Source: Candidatus Micrarchaeota archaeon (GTDB taxonomy: Archaea; Micrarchaeota; Micrarchaeia; Micrarchaeales; CABMGC01). Taken from it: a stretch of 64,000 bases of DNA. The stretch covers positions 3,271 to 67,270 of the forward strand of contig JAJZNA010000009.1 of NCBI GenBank assembly GCA_021848065.1, read 5' to 3'. The notes under the pieces were generated by a model. The model did no database searches. It saw only the letters and a list, made by a program, of their open reading frames with translations, and had not been told where the DNA came from. Both the position numbers and the translations under genes were made by a program. This document shows, piece by piece, positions 36,746 to 46,338 of the stretch; the first letter of the stretch is position 1, and every line of letters begins with the position of its first letter.

Positions 36746-38116
36746 ATGGCAAAGATATATCTGGAAATAGTAAAATATATGGTTGAAGCAAAATTCAACA
36801 TAGAGGGGGTTGTGGACAAGCCTGACATAATAGGCGCCGTGTTTGGGCAGACTGAAGGGCTTTTGGGCAACGACCTCGATCTTAGGGAACTTCAGAAGAA
36901 CGGAAAGATAGGAAGGATAGAGATAGAAGTAAATCAGACTGCCAACAAGACGTTTGGAAAGCTCTTCCTCCCAGCCTCGCTGGACAGGGTCGAAACCTGC
37001 ATACTCGCAGCCGCAGTGGAATCAGTGGACAGGGTAGGGCCTTACGAAGCCAACTTCATAGTGGAGAAGGTAGAGGATACTAGGTCTGAGAAGAGGAGGA
37101 AGATAATAACCAGGGCAAAGGACCTGGTCAAGAAGCTCATGACGTCCGGTGGAATGCCTGACAGCAAGGAGATATCCGAGCTGGTGCAGCAGGACGTAAG
37201 GGCAAGCGAAGTCACAGAGTATGGTCCAGAGAAGCTTCCAGCAGGGCCGGACATCGCAACAAGCGACGAGCTCATAATCGTGGAAGGAAGGGCGGACGTG
37301 CTCAACCTGCTAAGGAACGACATAACCAATGCGATAGCCGTAGGCGGCGCTGCCAATACCATACCAAAGACTCTTGTGGAACTGATCAACCAGAAGGAGA
37401 CGACCCTATTCGTAGACGGGGACAGGGGAGGCGACATGATAGCAAGATCCATACTTAACGTGGCCGAAGTTGACTACATAACAAAGGCTCCTGATGGGAA
37501 GGAGGTCGAAGACCTCCAACGCAAGGAGATAATAAAGGCCATAAGGACAAGGATACCTACTGACCAGTACAGGGGCCTAGGCAACAGCCGCGAGACCCGT
37601 GTGCAGGCACAGAGGAAGCAGGAGCAGCACCAGAGGCCTCAGGCGCAATACCAGGCGCCCAAGCCAGAGCCTCAGCAGCCAAGGCCCCAGGTCCAGGAAT
37701 CTGAAGGCCCGGCTCGCACTGCAGGGGTACCTTTGATAGACTCCCGCGCATACGAACCGGCATCAAATCTGGGTAAGGCCGAGCCCAAGTCAACTACCGA
37801 AAAGCCAGTCCTAGAAGCACAGGTGCTGGCACAGATATCCGGTGGACTTGACGAGCTGTCCGGAACGCTCAGATCAAGGCTTTATGATAGCGCGGGCAAT
37901 GTTGTCAAGGAGGTTCCTATAAGGGAGCTCCTCTCAGAAGTGGACTACTCGAAGAATGTCTATGCGATAGTTCTTGACGGGGTCATAACACAGAGGCTCG
38001 TGGAGCTGGCCCTGCAGAAGGGCATAAAGGCCATATACGGCCAGAAGGCCAATCCGCTCACCAGGAAGTTCCATGACATAACCCTCTACAGCAAGGAGCA
38101 GGGAACGATATCCTGA
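36746..38116 (+). CDS. dnaG: Archaeal DnaG primase/exosome-associated Toprim protein
   Basis: N-terminus KFNIEGVVDKPDIIGAVFGQTEGLLG. Toprim motifs IIVEGRADV and FVDGDRGG. A Q/P-rich insert precedes the C-terminal domain. Start set at ATG 36746. Confidence 0.85.
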   Translation: MAKIYLEIVKYMVEAKFNIEGVVDKPDIIGAVFGQTEGLLGNDLDLRELQKNGKIGRIEIEVNQTANKTFGKLFLPASLDRVETCILAAAVESVDRVGPYEANFIVEKVEDTRSEKRRKIITRAKDLVKKLMTSGGMPDSKEISELVQQDVRASEVTEYGPEKLPAGPDIATSDELIIVEGRADVLNLLRNDITNAIAVGGAANTIPKTLVELINQKETTLFVDGDRGGDMIARSILNVAEVDYITKAPDGKEVEDLQRKEIIKAIRTRIPTDQYRGLGNSRETRVQAQRKQEQHQRPQAQYQAPKPEPQQPRPQVQESEGPARTAGVPLIDSRAYEPASNLGKAEPKSTTEKPVLEAQVLAQISGGLDELSGTLRSRLYDSAGNVVKEVPIRELLSEVDYSKNVYAIVLDGVITQRLVELALQKGIKAIYGQKANPLTRKFHDITLYSKEQGTIS

Positions 38117-38127
38117 AGGTGCTGCAC

Positions 38128-38592
38128 ATGAAAGTCGGGTTCGCAGATACAACCTTTTCAAGATTCGACTACGCGCCTGTGGTGCTTGATGTCCTTTCCA
38201 AATCCGATCCAAAGGTCGAGGTGGAGAGGTACACCGTCCCAGGGATAAAGGACCTGCCTGTTGCATGCAAGATCCTGTTCGGCAGGAAGTGCGACATAGT
38301 GATAGCATGCGGCATGGTGGGCAAGGCGGCAATAGACAAGCAGTGCTCGCACGAGGCGAGCATGGGCCTGCAGTCCGTTCAGCTCAGCGAAGGCAAGCAC
38401 ATACTGGAGGTTTTCGTGCACATGGACGAGGCCTGCGACGACAATGACCTTGCCAGCATATGCGAGGACAGGTCCAGGAAGCACGCGCACAATGCGCTCA
38501 TGCTCCTCTTCAACCGCGAGGAGCTGCAGAAGCGGGCCGGGACAGGAAGGCGCCAGGGCCGCGCTGATGAAGGCCCTATAAAGGTGGATTGA
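38128..38592 (+). CDS. ribC: Riboflavin synthase, archaeal type
   Basis: MKVGFADTTFSRFDYAP N-terminus typical of archaeal RibC. Adjacent to ribH. Confidence 0.8.
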   Translation: MKVGFADTTFSRFDYAPVVLDVLSKSDPKVEVERYTVPGIKDLPVACKILFGRKCDIVIACGMVGKAAIDKQCSHEASMGLQSVQLSEGKHILEVFVHMDEACDDNDLASICEDRSRKHAHNALMLLFNREELQKRAGTGRRQGRADEGPIKVD

Positions 38593-39006
38593 ATGGTATC
38601 TATAGCAATAGTAAGGTCAAGATTCAACGAGGAGATAACGTCGCAGATGCTCAAGAGGGCCAGGGCACACGCAAAGAGGCTCGGCATCAAGGTTGTTGCA
38701 GAAGCCACAGTGCCTGGAGCATTCGACATGCCCCTAGCGATAAAACGCCTGCTATCCAGAAAGGATGTTGATGGGGTAGCTACAATAGGCGCCGTGATAA
38801 AGGGCAGCACAAAGCATGACGAACTGATCTCCTACCAGCTGGCAGACTCCATAACGAGGCTCTCGCTGGAGTATGGCAAACCAATAGGGCTTGGGGTAAT
38901 GGGCCCCGGAGTCACATGGGCCCAGGCCAAGAAGAGGATTGCACAGTATTCCGAGCAGAGCGTTGAGGCAGTGCTAAGGGTGCACGAAGAGCTCAAGCGC
39001 ATATGA
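38593..39006 (+). CDS. ribH: 6,7-dimethyl-8-ribityllumazine synthase
   Basis: IAIVRSRFNEEIT...VPGAFDMP...GAVIKGSTKHDE motifs. Confidence 0.9.
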   Translation: MVSIAIVRSRFNEEITSQMLKRARAHAKRLGIKVVAEATVPGAFDMPLAIKRLLSRKDVDGVATIGAVIKGSTKHDELISYQLADSITRLSLEYGKPIGLGVMGPGVTWAQAKKRIAQYSEQSVEAVLRVHEELKRI

Positions 39007-39049
39007 CTGCATGACGCTGCCACGTTCAGAATCCTGAAGATGGCTGCGT

Positions 39050-40732
39050 TTACGTCTTCCTGTTCCTTATCTCATCGGCTAGTTCAGCCATGAACTCTGA
39101 AAGGCTTACCTGGTTGCGCTGGGTGCCGTCGCGCTTCCTTATCGATACCGTCTTTGCCTCTTCCTCCTTCTTGCCCAGTATGATTGCGTACGGTATCTCC
39201 TTGAGCTTAGCCTCCCTTATCTTGTGCTGCATGGTCCTGTCAGACGAGTCCAGCATTACGCGAAGGCCCTTTGACAAAAGCTCCTCATATACCGACTTCG
39301 CATAGCCGCCGACCTGGTCTGATATGGGTATCACAGCAACCTGCACCGGTGCAAGCCATGCAGGGAACTTCCCATTGAAATGCTCCACAAGTATTGCAGT
39401 GAACCTCTCCAGGGAACCAAGTGCCGCCCTGTGAATTATTACCGGGTCATGCTCCTTTCCGTCCTCTCCCACGTACTTTATGCCGAACCTGAGCGGCTGC
39501 TGGTAGTCTACCTGCAGCGTTCCGAGCTGCCATGCGCGCCCCAGGGCGTCGTTCACGTCGAAATCTATCTTCGGGCCGTAGAACGCACCCTCCTTGTCCT
39601 TTATCTCGTACTTCATCCCGATCCTTTCAAGCGAAGCCTTTAGCGATGCCGTGGCTTTCTCCCAGAGCGCATCGTCGCCTATATGGTCATCGGGCATCGT
39701 GGAGAGCTTTGCAGTGAACTTCATGGCGAAGGTGTCATACACCGTCTTTACGAACCTGAGGAATCTCTCGGCCTCCTCGCCTACCTGCTCCTCAGTAAGG
39801 AAGATGTGGCCATCGTCCTGCGTGAGCTCCATAACCCTAAAGAGCCCGGTGAGGGCGCCGCTGACCTCCTTCCTATACAGCTTGTCGAATGTCGCAGTCC
39901 TGAAAGGGAGCTCCCTGTAGCTCCATGTCTTGGATTTGTATATAAGTATGGTCGAAGGGCAGCTCATGGGCTTGAGCCCCAGCTCCCCCATGTCGTTGCT
40001 GAACATGAACATGTTCTCCTTGTAGTGGTCGTAGTGGCCGCTAACGTGCCAGAGCGCGGTGTTGGAAACTACCGGCGTGCTCGTCTCCCTGTACCCGTCC
40101 TTGTCTTCCAGCTCGCGTATGAACTTCATGAGCTCCTTGTATATGACGTACCCGTTAGGATGCCAGTACACCATGGAGGGCGATACCTCCTGGAAGCTGT
40201 AGAGGTCAAGCTTCTCCCCTATGGACCTGTGGTCGGTTTCAGGAAGCCCTGCCCAGTCGCTCTTCCTGACTATCGAGGTGTTGACTTCAACGGGCTTGAC
40301 CTTCTTGTAGGTCTTGGCCTCCCCCGAGCTGCCATAGCTCCTCGACTGCTCTGCAAGAGGATGCCCCTTTATCGCGAAGACAGGCTTCTTGGTCCATCCG
40401 AACGGTGCCTTCCTGACCTCGAATTCCCTTGATATGGACTTGTATAAATGGTCTACTATCGCCATGGCCTCCTTGGGCCTGGCAAGGTCACTGCTCAGGT
40501 GCGCATATGGGTAGATGAGAACGCTCTTCCTTCCCAGCTTCCTCAGGAACTCTTCAGTATCCTTAGCGGCCTTCTCCGCGGTATCATTGGTATCCCCTGC
40601 CTCCACGCTTACGAGCACCACAAGCGTGTCTGTCATGGATAGGCTCTTCTGTTCTGGCTCTTCGTACACTTCTGCCTCTGGGCTTACTGCCTCATACTTC
40701 ACGCTATCCATGTCAAGCTGGAGTATTCTCAT
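39050..40732 (-). CDS. thrS: Threonine--tRNA ligase with archaeal-type N-terminal editing domain
   Basis: Class II core motifs (FRTATFDKLYRKE, GHIF, HRAALGSLERF) and the anticodon-binding domain. The N-terminal ~140 aa resemble the archaeal DTD-like editing module. Confidence 0.9.
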   Translation of the reverse strand: MRILQLDMDSVKYEAVSPEAEVYEEPEQKSLSMTDTLVVLVSVEAGDTNDTAEKAAKDTEEFLRKLGRKSVLIYPYAHLSSDLARPKEAMAIVDHLYKSISREFEVRKAPFGWTKKPVFAIKGHPLAEQSRSYGSSGEAKTYKKVKPVEVNTSIVRKSDWAGLPETDHRSIGEKLDLYSFQEVSPSMVYWHPNGYVIYKELMKFIRELEDKDGYRETSTPVVSNTALWHVSGHYDHYKENMFMFSNDMGELGLKPMSCPSTILIYKSKTWSYRELPFRTATFDKLYRKEVSGALTGLFRVMELTQDDGHIFLTEEQVGEEAERFLRFVKTVYDTFAMKFTAKLSTMPDDHIGDDALWEKATASLKASLERIGMKYEIKDKEGAFYGPKIDFDVNDALGRAWQLGTLQVDYQQPLRFGIKYVGEDGKEHDPVIIHRAALGSLERFTAILVEHFNGKFPAWLAPVQVAVIPISDQVGGYAKSVYEELLSKGLRVMLDSSDRTMQHKIREAKLKEIPYAIILGKKEEEAKTVSIRKRDGTQRNQVSLSEFMAELADEIRNRKT

Positions 40733-40783
40733 CTAAAACACTAGAGAAATAGGATGACTTTAAGCATTAAAACCTTTTCTACA

Positions 40784-41515
40784 TCATTCCTCTCTCCATT
40801 TTGCGAACTTCCTAAGTATCGCCATGTAAACCAGCACCTCCAATACAAGGAGCACAGGCATGTAGTAGTTCATGGGCGCCAGGCCGTAGATGCCCTGGAT
40901 CGTGACAGCTGCTGGCGTCACTGGTGATATGGCAAGCAGGTAAAGGGCCGTCTTGGGCAGTTCTGTGTACGGATAGAATGTTGGCGGTATGAGGCTCATG
41001 AAGGCCGAGACGATGCCGGATATGGACCACATGCCTATGGTGCGCCTTATCCTGCTCCCAACAAGCATGGCTATGGACGTGGTGGCCAGCGCAAGCATGA
41101 ATATCACCGCAAACGTGGCGGCAAGCTTCCATACGCTAAAGAGGCCGAATGCGATGCTTATTATGCTGAAAAATGCTATGCCGGGCGCGCAGAACACAAG
41201 GCTGGCAAAAGCGAATCCCAGGGCATACTCCACGACCCCAACCCTTGTTGCTATTATCAGGTCCTGAAGCCTGAATTCGAGCCTGAACATGGCGCTCTCC
41301 CCGGTAGTCACTAGTGTAGCCGTCGACACTATGGCAACGAAGCCTCCTGCAACCGCAAAGTCCATGAGCTTGCCTGCGGAAAGGACGTATATTACGAAAA
41401 GCAGGCACGTAGGTGTGACTATGTTGGCTATCCAGCTTGCAGGGCTCTTGGTTATCCAGGAGAGCCCGTTGAACTTCATGAAAGAGAGGATGAAATTAGT
41501 CCTCAATTGCACCAC
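40784..41515 (-). CDS. ABC-2 type transporter permease
   Basis: Six predicted TM helices. Overlaps the upstream ATPase gene by 20 nt. Confidence 0.7.
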   Translation of the reverse strand: MVQLRTNFILSFMKFNGLSWITKSPASWIANIVTPTCLLFVIYVLSAGKLMDFAVAGGFVAIVSTATLVTTGESAMFRLEFRLQDLIIATRVGVVEYALGFAFASLVFCAPGIAFFSIISIAFGLFSVWKLAATFAVIFMLALATTSIAMLVGSRIRRTIGMWSISGIVSAFMSLIPPTFYPYTELPKTALYLLAISPVTPAAVTIQGIYGLAPMNYYMPVLLVLEVLVYMAILRKFAKWREE

Positions 41516-42329
41516 CTCCGTTGACTATCAAAAGGTCCTCGAGGCTTGCAGGACGCGTGTAATATCCCTTGCCTACGAACTTCCTCGCCTCAGCTGCGCT
41601 CAGGTACGATATCCTCATGCCCCCTACCTTGTATTTTCCAGTGGGCCCTTCGACCCTCACCTTGCCATTGAAAGATTTTAGGAGTTCCGGCACGCTTCCC
41701 TGCGCAACGCACCTGCCGTTGTCTATAAGCACAACTTCGTCTGCCAGCTCTTTTGCCTCTTCCATGTAATGGGTTGTTATTACCGTGTCGCAGTCCAGCT
41801 TTTTTATGGCAGACCAGACCTCAAGCCTCGAGATGGGGTCCAACCCTGTGGTGGGCTCGTCGAGGAATATTATCTCCGCCTTGGAGGCTATCGCCATCGC
41901 CACGAAGACCTTCCTCTTCATTCCCCCGGAGAGGTCTGCTGTGGGCTTGTCCCTGACCTGCCACATGTTAAGCTCCTTCAAGGCGCCCTTGGCAAGCCCT
42001 TCTATCTCATCTTTCTCGAGCCCTCGCGCATTGAGGTACATGGATACGTGCTCCATCGGGGATGCTATCCCCATCACCTTGGCCTCCTGGGGTATGCTTG
42101 CTATGATGCCTCTTATCCTGTCCACATCCTTTACAAGGTCAAGGCCGTTTATGCGTACAGTGCCCGACGTGGGCATCATCTGCGTGGAGAGTATCCTTAG
42201 CGTGGTCGTCTTTCCGGCCCCGTTCCTTCCAAGTATGCCAGTTATCTTCTTGCCTAACGTGAGGGAGAGGTTGCTCACGGCCGTAGTGCCGTCTGCATAC
42301 CTTTTAGTAAGCCTCCTTATCTCAATCAT
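41496..42329 (-). CDS. ABC transporter ATP-binding protein
   Basis: Walker A GRNGAGKTT, signature LSGGMKRKV, Walker B IIFLDEPTTGLD. Confidence 0.9.
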   Translation of the reverse strand: MIEIRRLTKRYADGTTAVSNLSLTLGKKITGILGRNGAGKTTTLRILSTQMMPTSGTVRINGLDLVKDVDRIRGIIASIPQEAKVMGIASPMEHVSMYLNARGLEKDEIEGLAKGALKELNMWQVRDKPTADLSGGMKRKVFVAMAIASKAEIIFLDEPTTGLDPISRLEVWSAIKKLDCDTVITTHYMEEAKELADEVVLIDNGRCVAQGSVPELLKSFNGKVRVEGPTGKYKVGGMRISYLSAAEARKFVGKGYYTRPASLEDLLIVNGGGAIED

Positions 42330-42441
42330 GACTTCTAGATTGTAAAAGCCCGTATTAAAACATTCCCCTGGAAAACCCAGTATCCCTTAAGCTGCCAGGG
42401 CCTACCGCAACCGTTTTAAGCTCTTTCCCTATAAAGCTATC

Positions 42442-43986
42442 ATGAAGGCAGATGCTGTACTAGTCCTGAATTTCGGGGGCCAATACTGCCACCTCATAGG
42501 CCGCAGGATAAGGGATATGGGGGTCTACTCCGAAGTCGTTCCTAACGACATAACTCCAGAAGGCATAAAGGGTCTCTCAAATAACTTAAACGTCAAGGGC
42601 ATAATACTGTCCGGAGGCCCATCCAGCATATATGACAAGGACGCTCCTCAGATGGATGCAAGGATCCTTGATATGGGCCTGCCTGTGCTTGGCATCTGCT
42701 ATGGCCATCAGCTTCTTGCAAAGTATCTGAAAGGTAAGGTTATACGCGCTCCAAAGCAGGAGTATGGCATAGCCCACTCCCGCATAAGGAAGACCGACGC
42801 CGTACTATCCGGCCTGGGCAGGGTGGAACAGGTGTGGATGAGCCACGGTGATAGGGTCCTCTCAGTGCCTAAGGGGATCGATGTGTTGGCAAGCACCGAG
42901 AACTGCCCAATAGCCGCATTCAGCCATTCCGCAAGGAGGATATTCGGGGTGCAGTGGCATCCCGAAGTAGTGCACACCAGGAATGGGAACAAGGTGCTAT
43001 CAAATTTCGTACTCGATATATGCGGTGCCAGGAAGACCTGGAACGCCACAGGCACTGCGTCAAAGTATGTCGACGAAATAAAATCACGGGTAGGGGACAG
43101 GAGGGCAATACTTGCGATGAGCGGAGGGGTAGATTCAAGCACAGCGGCTCTCATCGCATCCAAGGCATTGGGCAAGAGGCTTACTGCCGTGTTCGTTGAC
43201 ACCGGCATGATGCGCAAGGACGAGGCGAAGTCGATAAAGGCCATGGCATCAAGACTGGGCATCAACCTCGTCGTGGTAGATGCTGCAAGGGAGTTCATGG
43301 CCGCGCTGAGGGGCGTGTCCGATCCAGAGCAGAAGAGGAAGATAATCGGTAGGGAGTTCATAAGGTCGTTTGAGAAGGTTGCCAAGAAGGTAGGCGCAGA
43401 CTACTTAATACAGGGAACAATATACCCTGACAGGATAGAGTCCGGCAAGTCATCAAAATCCAGCGTAATAAAGACGCATCATAACGTAGGGGGCATACCT
43501 GAGCAGATAAAATTCAAAGGGATAATAGACCCGCTCAGGGACTTATACAAGGATGAGGTAAGGCGCCTGGCAACGAAGCTGGGCATGCCGCGCCAGATGG
43601 TTCACAGGCAGCCTTTCCCAGGCCCCGGTCTTGCCGTAAGGATACTAGGTGAAGTGACCAAGGAAAAGCTCGACATGCTTAGGGCTGCAGAATCAATAGT
43701 TTCGCAAGAGATGGAGCGCTCAGGGGAGGCATCAAAGGCATGGCAGTACTTCGCAGTCCTGACCGGATCAAGGAGCACAGGGGTCAAAGGGGATGCAAGG
43801 GCGTACGGGCATGTCATAGCCATCCGCTCAGTGGACAGCACCGAGGCTATGACGGCGAACTTCTCAAGGATACCTTACGATGTCCTTGAAAATATCTCTA
43901 CGCGCATAACTGGGGAGATACCTAGCGTGGTGCGCGTGGTGTATGACATAACCAATAAGCCTCCGTCAACAATCGAATGGGAGTGA
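42442..43986 (+). CDS. guaA: GMP synthase (glutamine-hydrolysing), fused GATase + ATP-pyrophosphatase
   Basis: GATase motifs GICYGHQ and HPE, PP-loop SGGVDSS, C-terminal KPPSTIEWE. Confidence 0.9.
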   Translation: MKADAVLVLNFGGQYCHLIGRRIRDMGVYSEVVPNDITPEGIKGLSNNLNVKGIILSGGPSSIYDKDAPQMDARILDMGLPVLGICYGHQLLAKYLKGKVIRAPKQEYGIAHSRIRKTDAVLSGLGRVEQVWMSHGDRVLSVPKGIDVLASTENCPIAAFSHSARRIFGVQWHPEVVHTRNGNKVLSNFVLDICGARKTWNATGTASKYVDEIKSRVGDRRAILAMSGGVDSSTAALIASKALGKRLTAVFVDTGMMRKDEAKSIKAMASRLGINLVVVDAAREFMAALRGVSDPEQKRKIIGREFIRSFEKVAKKVGADYLIQGTIYPDRIESGKSSKSSVIKTHHNVGGIPEQIKFKGIIDPLRDLYKDEVRRLATKLGMPRQMVHRQPFPGPGLAVRILGEVTKEKLDMLRAAESIVSQEMERSGEASKAWQYFAVLTGSRSTGVKGDARAYGHVIAIRSVDSTEAMTANFSRIPYDVLENISTRITGEIPSVVRVVYDITNKPPSTIEWE

Positions 43987-44097
43987 CCTACAGATCTGAA
44001 ACATTTGACGACGGCATTGCTTTTTCATCAAAGTTTTTTGAGACGTCTGCCCCTAGTTAAGAACAAGATTTTCTGCGTACTAAAAGCTAAGAACCCA

Positions 44098-44135
44098 ACA
44101 AGATTTATATTGATTTATATGGAACATAATTTGGG
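44098..44135 (+). repeat. Copy 1 of the identical 38-nt upstream block (TATA-containing)
   Basis: acaagatttatattgatttatatggaacataatttggg ends 8 nt before ATG 44144 and is identical to 46299-46336. Confidence 0.85.
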
Positions 44136-44143
44136 TATGTGTA

Positions 44144-44647
44144 ATGTATAGTGTTAATAAGAAAGGTTTTGGTTGGAAATTAATCTTAGGATTTTTAGCA
44201 GTAGCAGTTTTACTATTAATATACTTATTTATTCAGGTATTTAATTATTTTGAACCACATACTGCTACCATACAACTAAACTGTATATCAAATACACCCC
44301 CATATCAATGTCCTGCCTTAGTCTATGATCACACTACTGGAAATATAACTGTACAGTTAGAACAGTCAACAGGAACAAATTGGACTTCCACAAGCATATT
44401 CTTCATACCGCAAGGAACTCCAACTATTGATGGTACTCCTGTTACTATTATGAGAAATGGCTCTGGTAGTGTAGTTGCAGGCGGACTTAATAATAACCAA
44501 TTTATTTCGATCACCTTAGCTGTTTCTTCTCCTGCAGTTACTGCAATAGGCACATCTGCAATTGGAGAAATATGGGCCAAATATACGACTTCAAATGGAG
44601 GTCCTTATTATTCTGAACTTGCAAAAGTAAATGTAAAGGCAACATAA
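44144..44647 (+). CDS. Small signal-anchored beta-rich protein, cassette partner A1
   Basis: N-terminal KKG + TM (WKLILGFLAVAVLLLIYLF). Paralogous to the 46339 gene (shared ...TGN(I/L)T..., IWAKYTTSNGGPYY). Confidence 0.65.
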   Translation: MYSVNKKGFGWKLILGFLAVAVLLLIYLFIQVFNYFEPHTATIQLNCISNTPPYQCPALVYDHTTGNITVQLEQSTGTNWTSTSIFFIPQGTPTIDGTPVTIMRNGSGSVVAGGLNNNQFISITLAVSSPAVTAIGTSAIGEIWAKYTTSNGGPYYSELAKVNVKAT

Positions 44648-44666
44648 CTATCTTGTTGGTTATCAA

Positions 44667-45674
44667 ATGAAATCTCTATTCATTTTTACCTTATATCTGT
44701 TCTTTATTTCATTGATAGCTTCTACCATGATATACGGCAATCATACCATCATAATTCAAAATGCTTCTTGGGCGGGATGGTCTATATACAACTCAAATCA
44801 GCCCAATTCGTACACTATAAATTCTATAAATGGTTCGTGGATTGTTGAAAAAGTGTTACCTAGTAACGAATTGGGTTGGGGGATGCAGTGGATTGGTATT
44901 GGCGGCTTGGGTAATTCAGACTTACTCCAGATAGGTACCGTATCCAATTGGGATTGCGAATTGGTGCTGTCTAAACCCATGTGCTATCCCAAATACCGTG
45001 CATTTTGGGAAACTACTAATAATGCCATTATAACTTCTGAACAACCTATTAGTATCTCAGTACACCCTGAAGATAAAATATACGCTTCAATAAATTCTAT
45101 TAGCAGTACTCACTGCCTCCTAGGGGCACCATGCTGGGAGTTATATCTTAAAGACTTAAATGGTAGCCAAATTTCTACATATTACGTAACTTACACGCCT
45201 AACCGAACTTCAGCAAATTGGGAGGAAGAAAGTATTGGTCCTTTAAGTGGCTCTACCTACCCATTCCCACTATCAAAATTCTGGGCTGCAGATTTTGGTC
45301 CTAAATATACGGATATGCCGAATACTAATTACGCAAATGTAAATATAACAACTAACAAGCCAGTTGGGTGGTATTCAAATTTAGTTGAAACCTACATTTC
45401 TAGAAACTTTGCAGGAACTGCCCATCCTTCTAATGTTACTATCAGTTCAGATAATTCTAGTTTCATAGTCTACGAAGGCCCGCAGCTTGAAATGGTTGGA
45501 GGCCTCAATGTTTCAAGGTCAATGCTGGATCTGGGCCAGGAGGCTGCCATTAATGGTCCTCACGCAGAAGGAGGTTCGGGCAATTACACATACCAATGGA
45601 TCGGGAGCTGCGTGGCGGGGGCATGGGGTTTTTATTATTTATCTATGTATAATATGTTATACTTTAATACTTGA
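44667..45674 (+). CDS. Peptidase G1 (eqolisin)-like secreted protein, apparently 3'-truncated paralogue of the giant gene
   Basis: Signal peptide, then G1-like blocks SWAGWS, INGSWIV, QWIGIGG, LLQIGT, ANWEEES, AADFGP. Collinear with the first ~320 aa of the 46891 protein; similarity ends just after GGSGNYTYQWI, inside the first Ig-like repeat. Confidence 0.6.
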   Translation: MKSLFIFTLYLFFISLIASTMIYGNHTIIIQNASWAGWSIYNSNQPNSYTINSINGSWIVEKVLPSNELGWGMQWIGIGGLGNSDLLQIGTVSNWDCELVLSKPMCYPKYRAFWETTNNAIITSEQPISISVHPEDKIYASINSISSTHCLLGAPCWELYLKDLNGSQISTYYVTYTPNRTSANWEEESIGPLSGSTYPFPLSKFWAADFGPKYTDMPNTNYANVNITTNKPVGWYSNLVETYISRNFAGTAHPSNVTISSDNSSFIVYEGPQLEMVGGLNVSRSMLDLGQEAAINGPHAEGGSGNYTYQWIGSCVAGAWGFYYLSMYNMLYFNT

Positions 45675-45690
45675 GATTTGGTAGATTGAA

Positions 45691-45993
45691 ATGGTCGGTA
45701 CACAAAAAGGGGGGCAGGTTACCCCCTCTAAGACCCACAATTTAGCTATTGGGATAGCAATTGGACTTTTAGTATATGTTATATCCTTGGCCAGTGCATC
45801 GCGTTTTATGTTTTGCACCCGTGTAATGCTGTGTTATTTTGGGACATTATTTTTTGCATTAATTTTACCAATAATATTAATATTTCTCTCTAGTGCAATT
45901 TTGTCAAGATATTATAGGTATGCCTTTTCCAAAATAGTCTTAGTTGCCCTTTTATTGTGGTTGGTGTTAAACGCATTATCTTTTCATACATAA
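45691..45993 (+). CDS. Small polytopic membrane protein (3 TM), unknown function
   Basis: 100-aa ORF with three hydrophobic helices. No homology recognised. Confidence 0.35.
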   Translation: MVGTQKGGQVTPSKTHNLAIGIAIGLLVYVISLASASRFMFCTRVMLCYFGTLFFALILPIILIFLSSAILSRYYRYAFSKIVLVALLLWLVLNALSFHT

Positions 45994-46078
45994 CTGATGC
46001 TTATATCAAAACTAACGGTAATTATATGCATAAAAACAAAAGAAAAACCGTGTTTTATTACTCTTAATAGCACAAATA

Positions 46079-46298
46079 TATGTCATACCAAATGTTTATG
46101 CACTAACTATCTCGGGTTCAATGAATAGTAGCACTTGGGCAGGCTATTTGGCATCTGCCTCTGGATATTTTCCCGGTGCTTCAACTCCGCCATCAGTTAC
46201 CGCTATAAATGGTTCGTGGATTGTTGAAAATGCAATAACCACTAACGAAACCACTACGGGGCGCAATGGATAGGTCTACAAAACCTTCTTCAAGGCCC
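46079..46298 (+). pseudogene. Remnant of a third G1-like gene N-terminus (frameshifted/deleted)
   Basis: Translates as ...MNSSTWAGYLASASGYF...VTAINGSWIVENAI...GRNG*, then continues in the +1 frame as GAQWIGLQNLLQG. It shares ataaatggttcgtggattgttgaaaa with 44825-44850 and runs straight into promoter-repeat copy 2. Confidence 0.6.
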
Positions 46299-46336
46299 AC
46301 AAGATTTATATTGATTTATATGGAACATAATTTGGG
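46299..46336 (+). repeat. Copy 2 of the identical 38-nt upstream block
   Basis: Identical to 44098-44135. Ends 2 nt before ATG 46339. Confidence 0.85.
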
Positions 46337-46338
46337 GT

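Noticed and set aside
39683-40432. Long plus-strand ORF (249 aa) inside thrS. Similar antisense or overlapping ORFs occur at 1625-2146, 10198-10779, 23700-24317, 32424-32912, 41785-42345, 42708-43385, 54424-54894 and 56650-57141.
   Set aside because: In each case the opposite or overlapping frame encodes a protein with clear family motifs. These ORFs have low-complexity, motif-free translations typical of shadow frames.
44144-44250. Class III (type IV pilin/archaellin-like) signal peptide in the small cassette proteins (KKG followed by a hydrophobic stretch).
   Set aside because: The residues after the Gly (FGWK / SWWKW) do not fit the usual prepilin-peptidase site, which has small or hydrophobic +1 to +3 residues and no Lys. 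I treat it as an ordinary signal anchor unless FlaFind-type analysis says otherwise.
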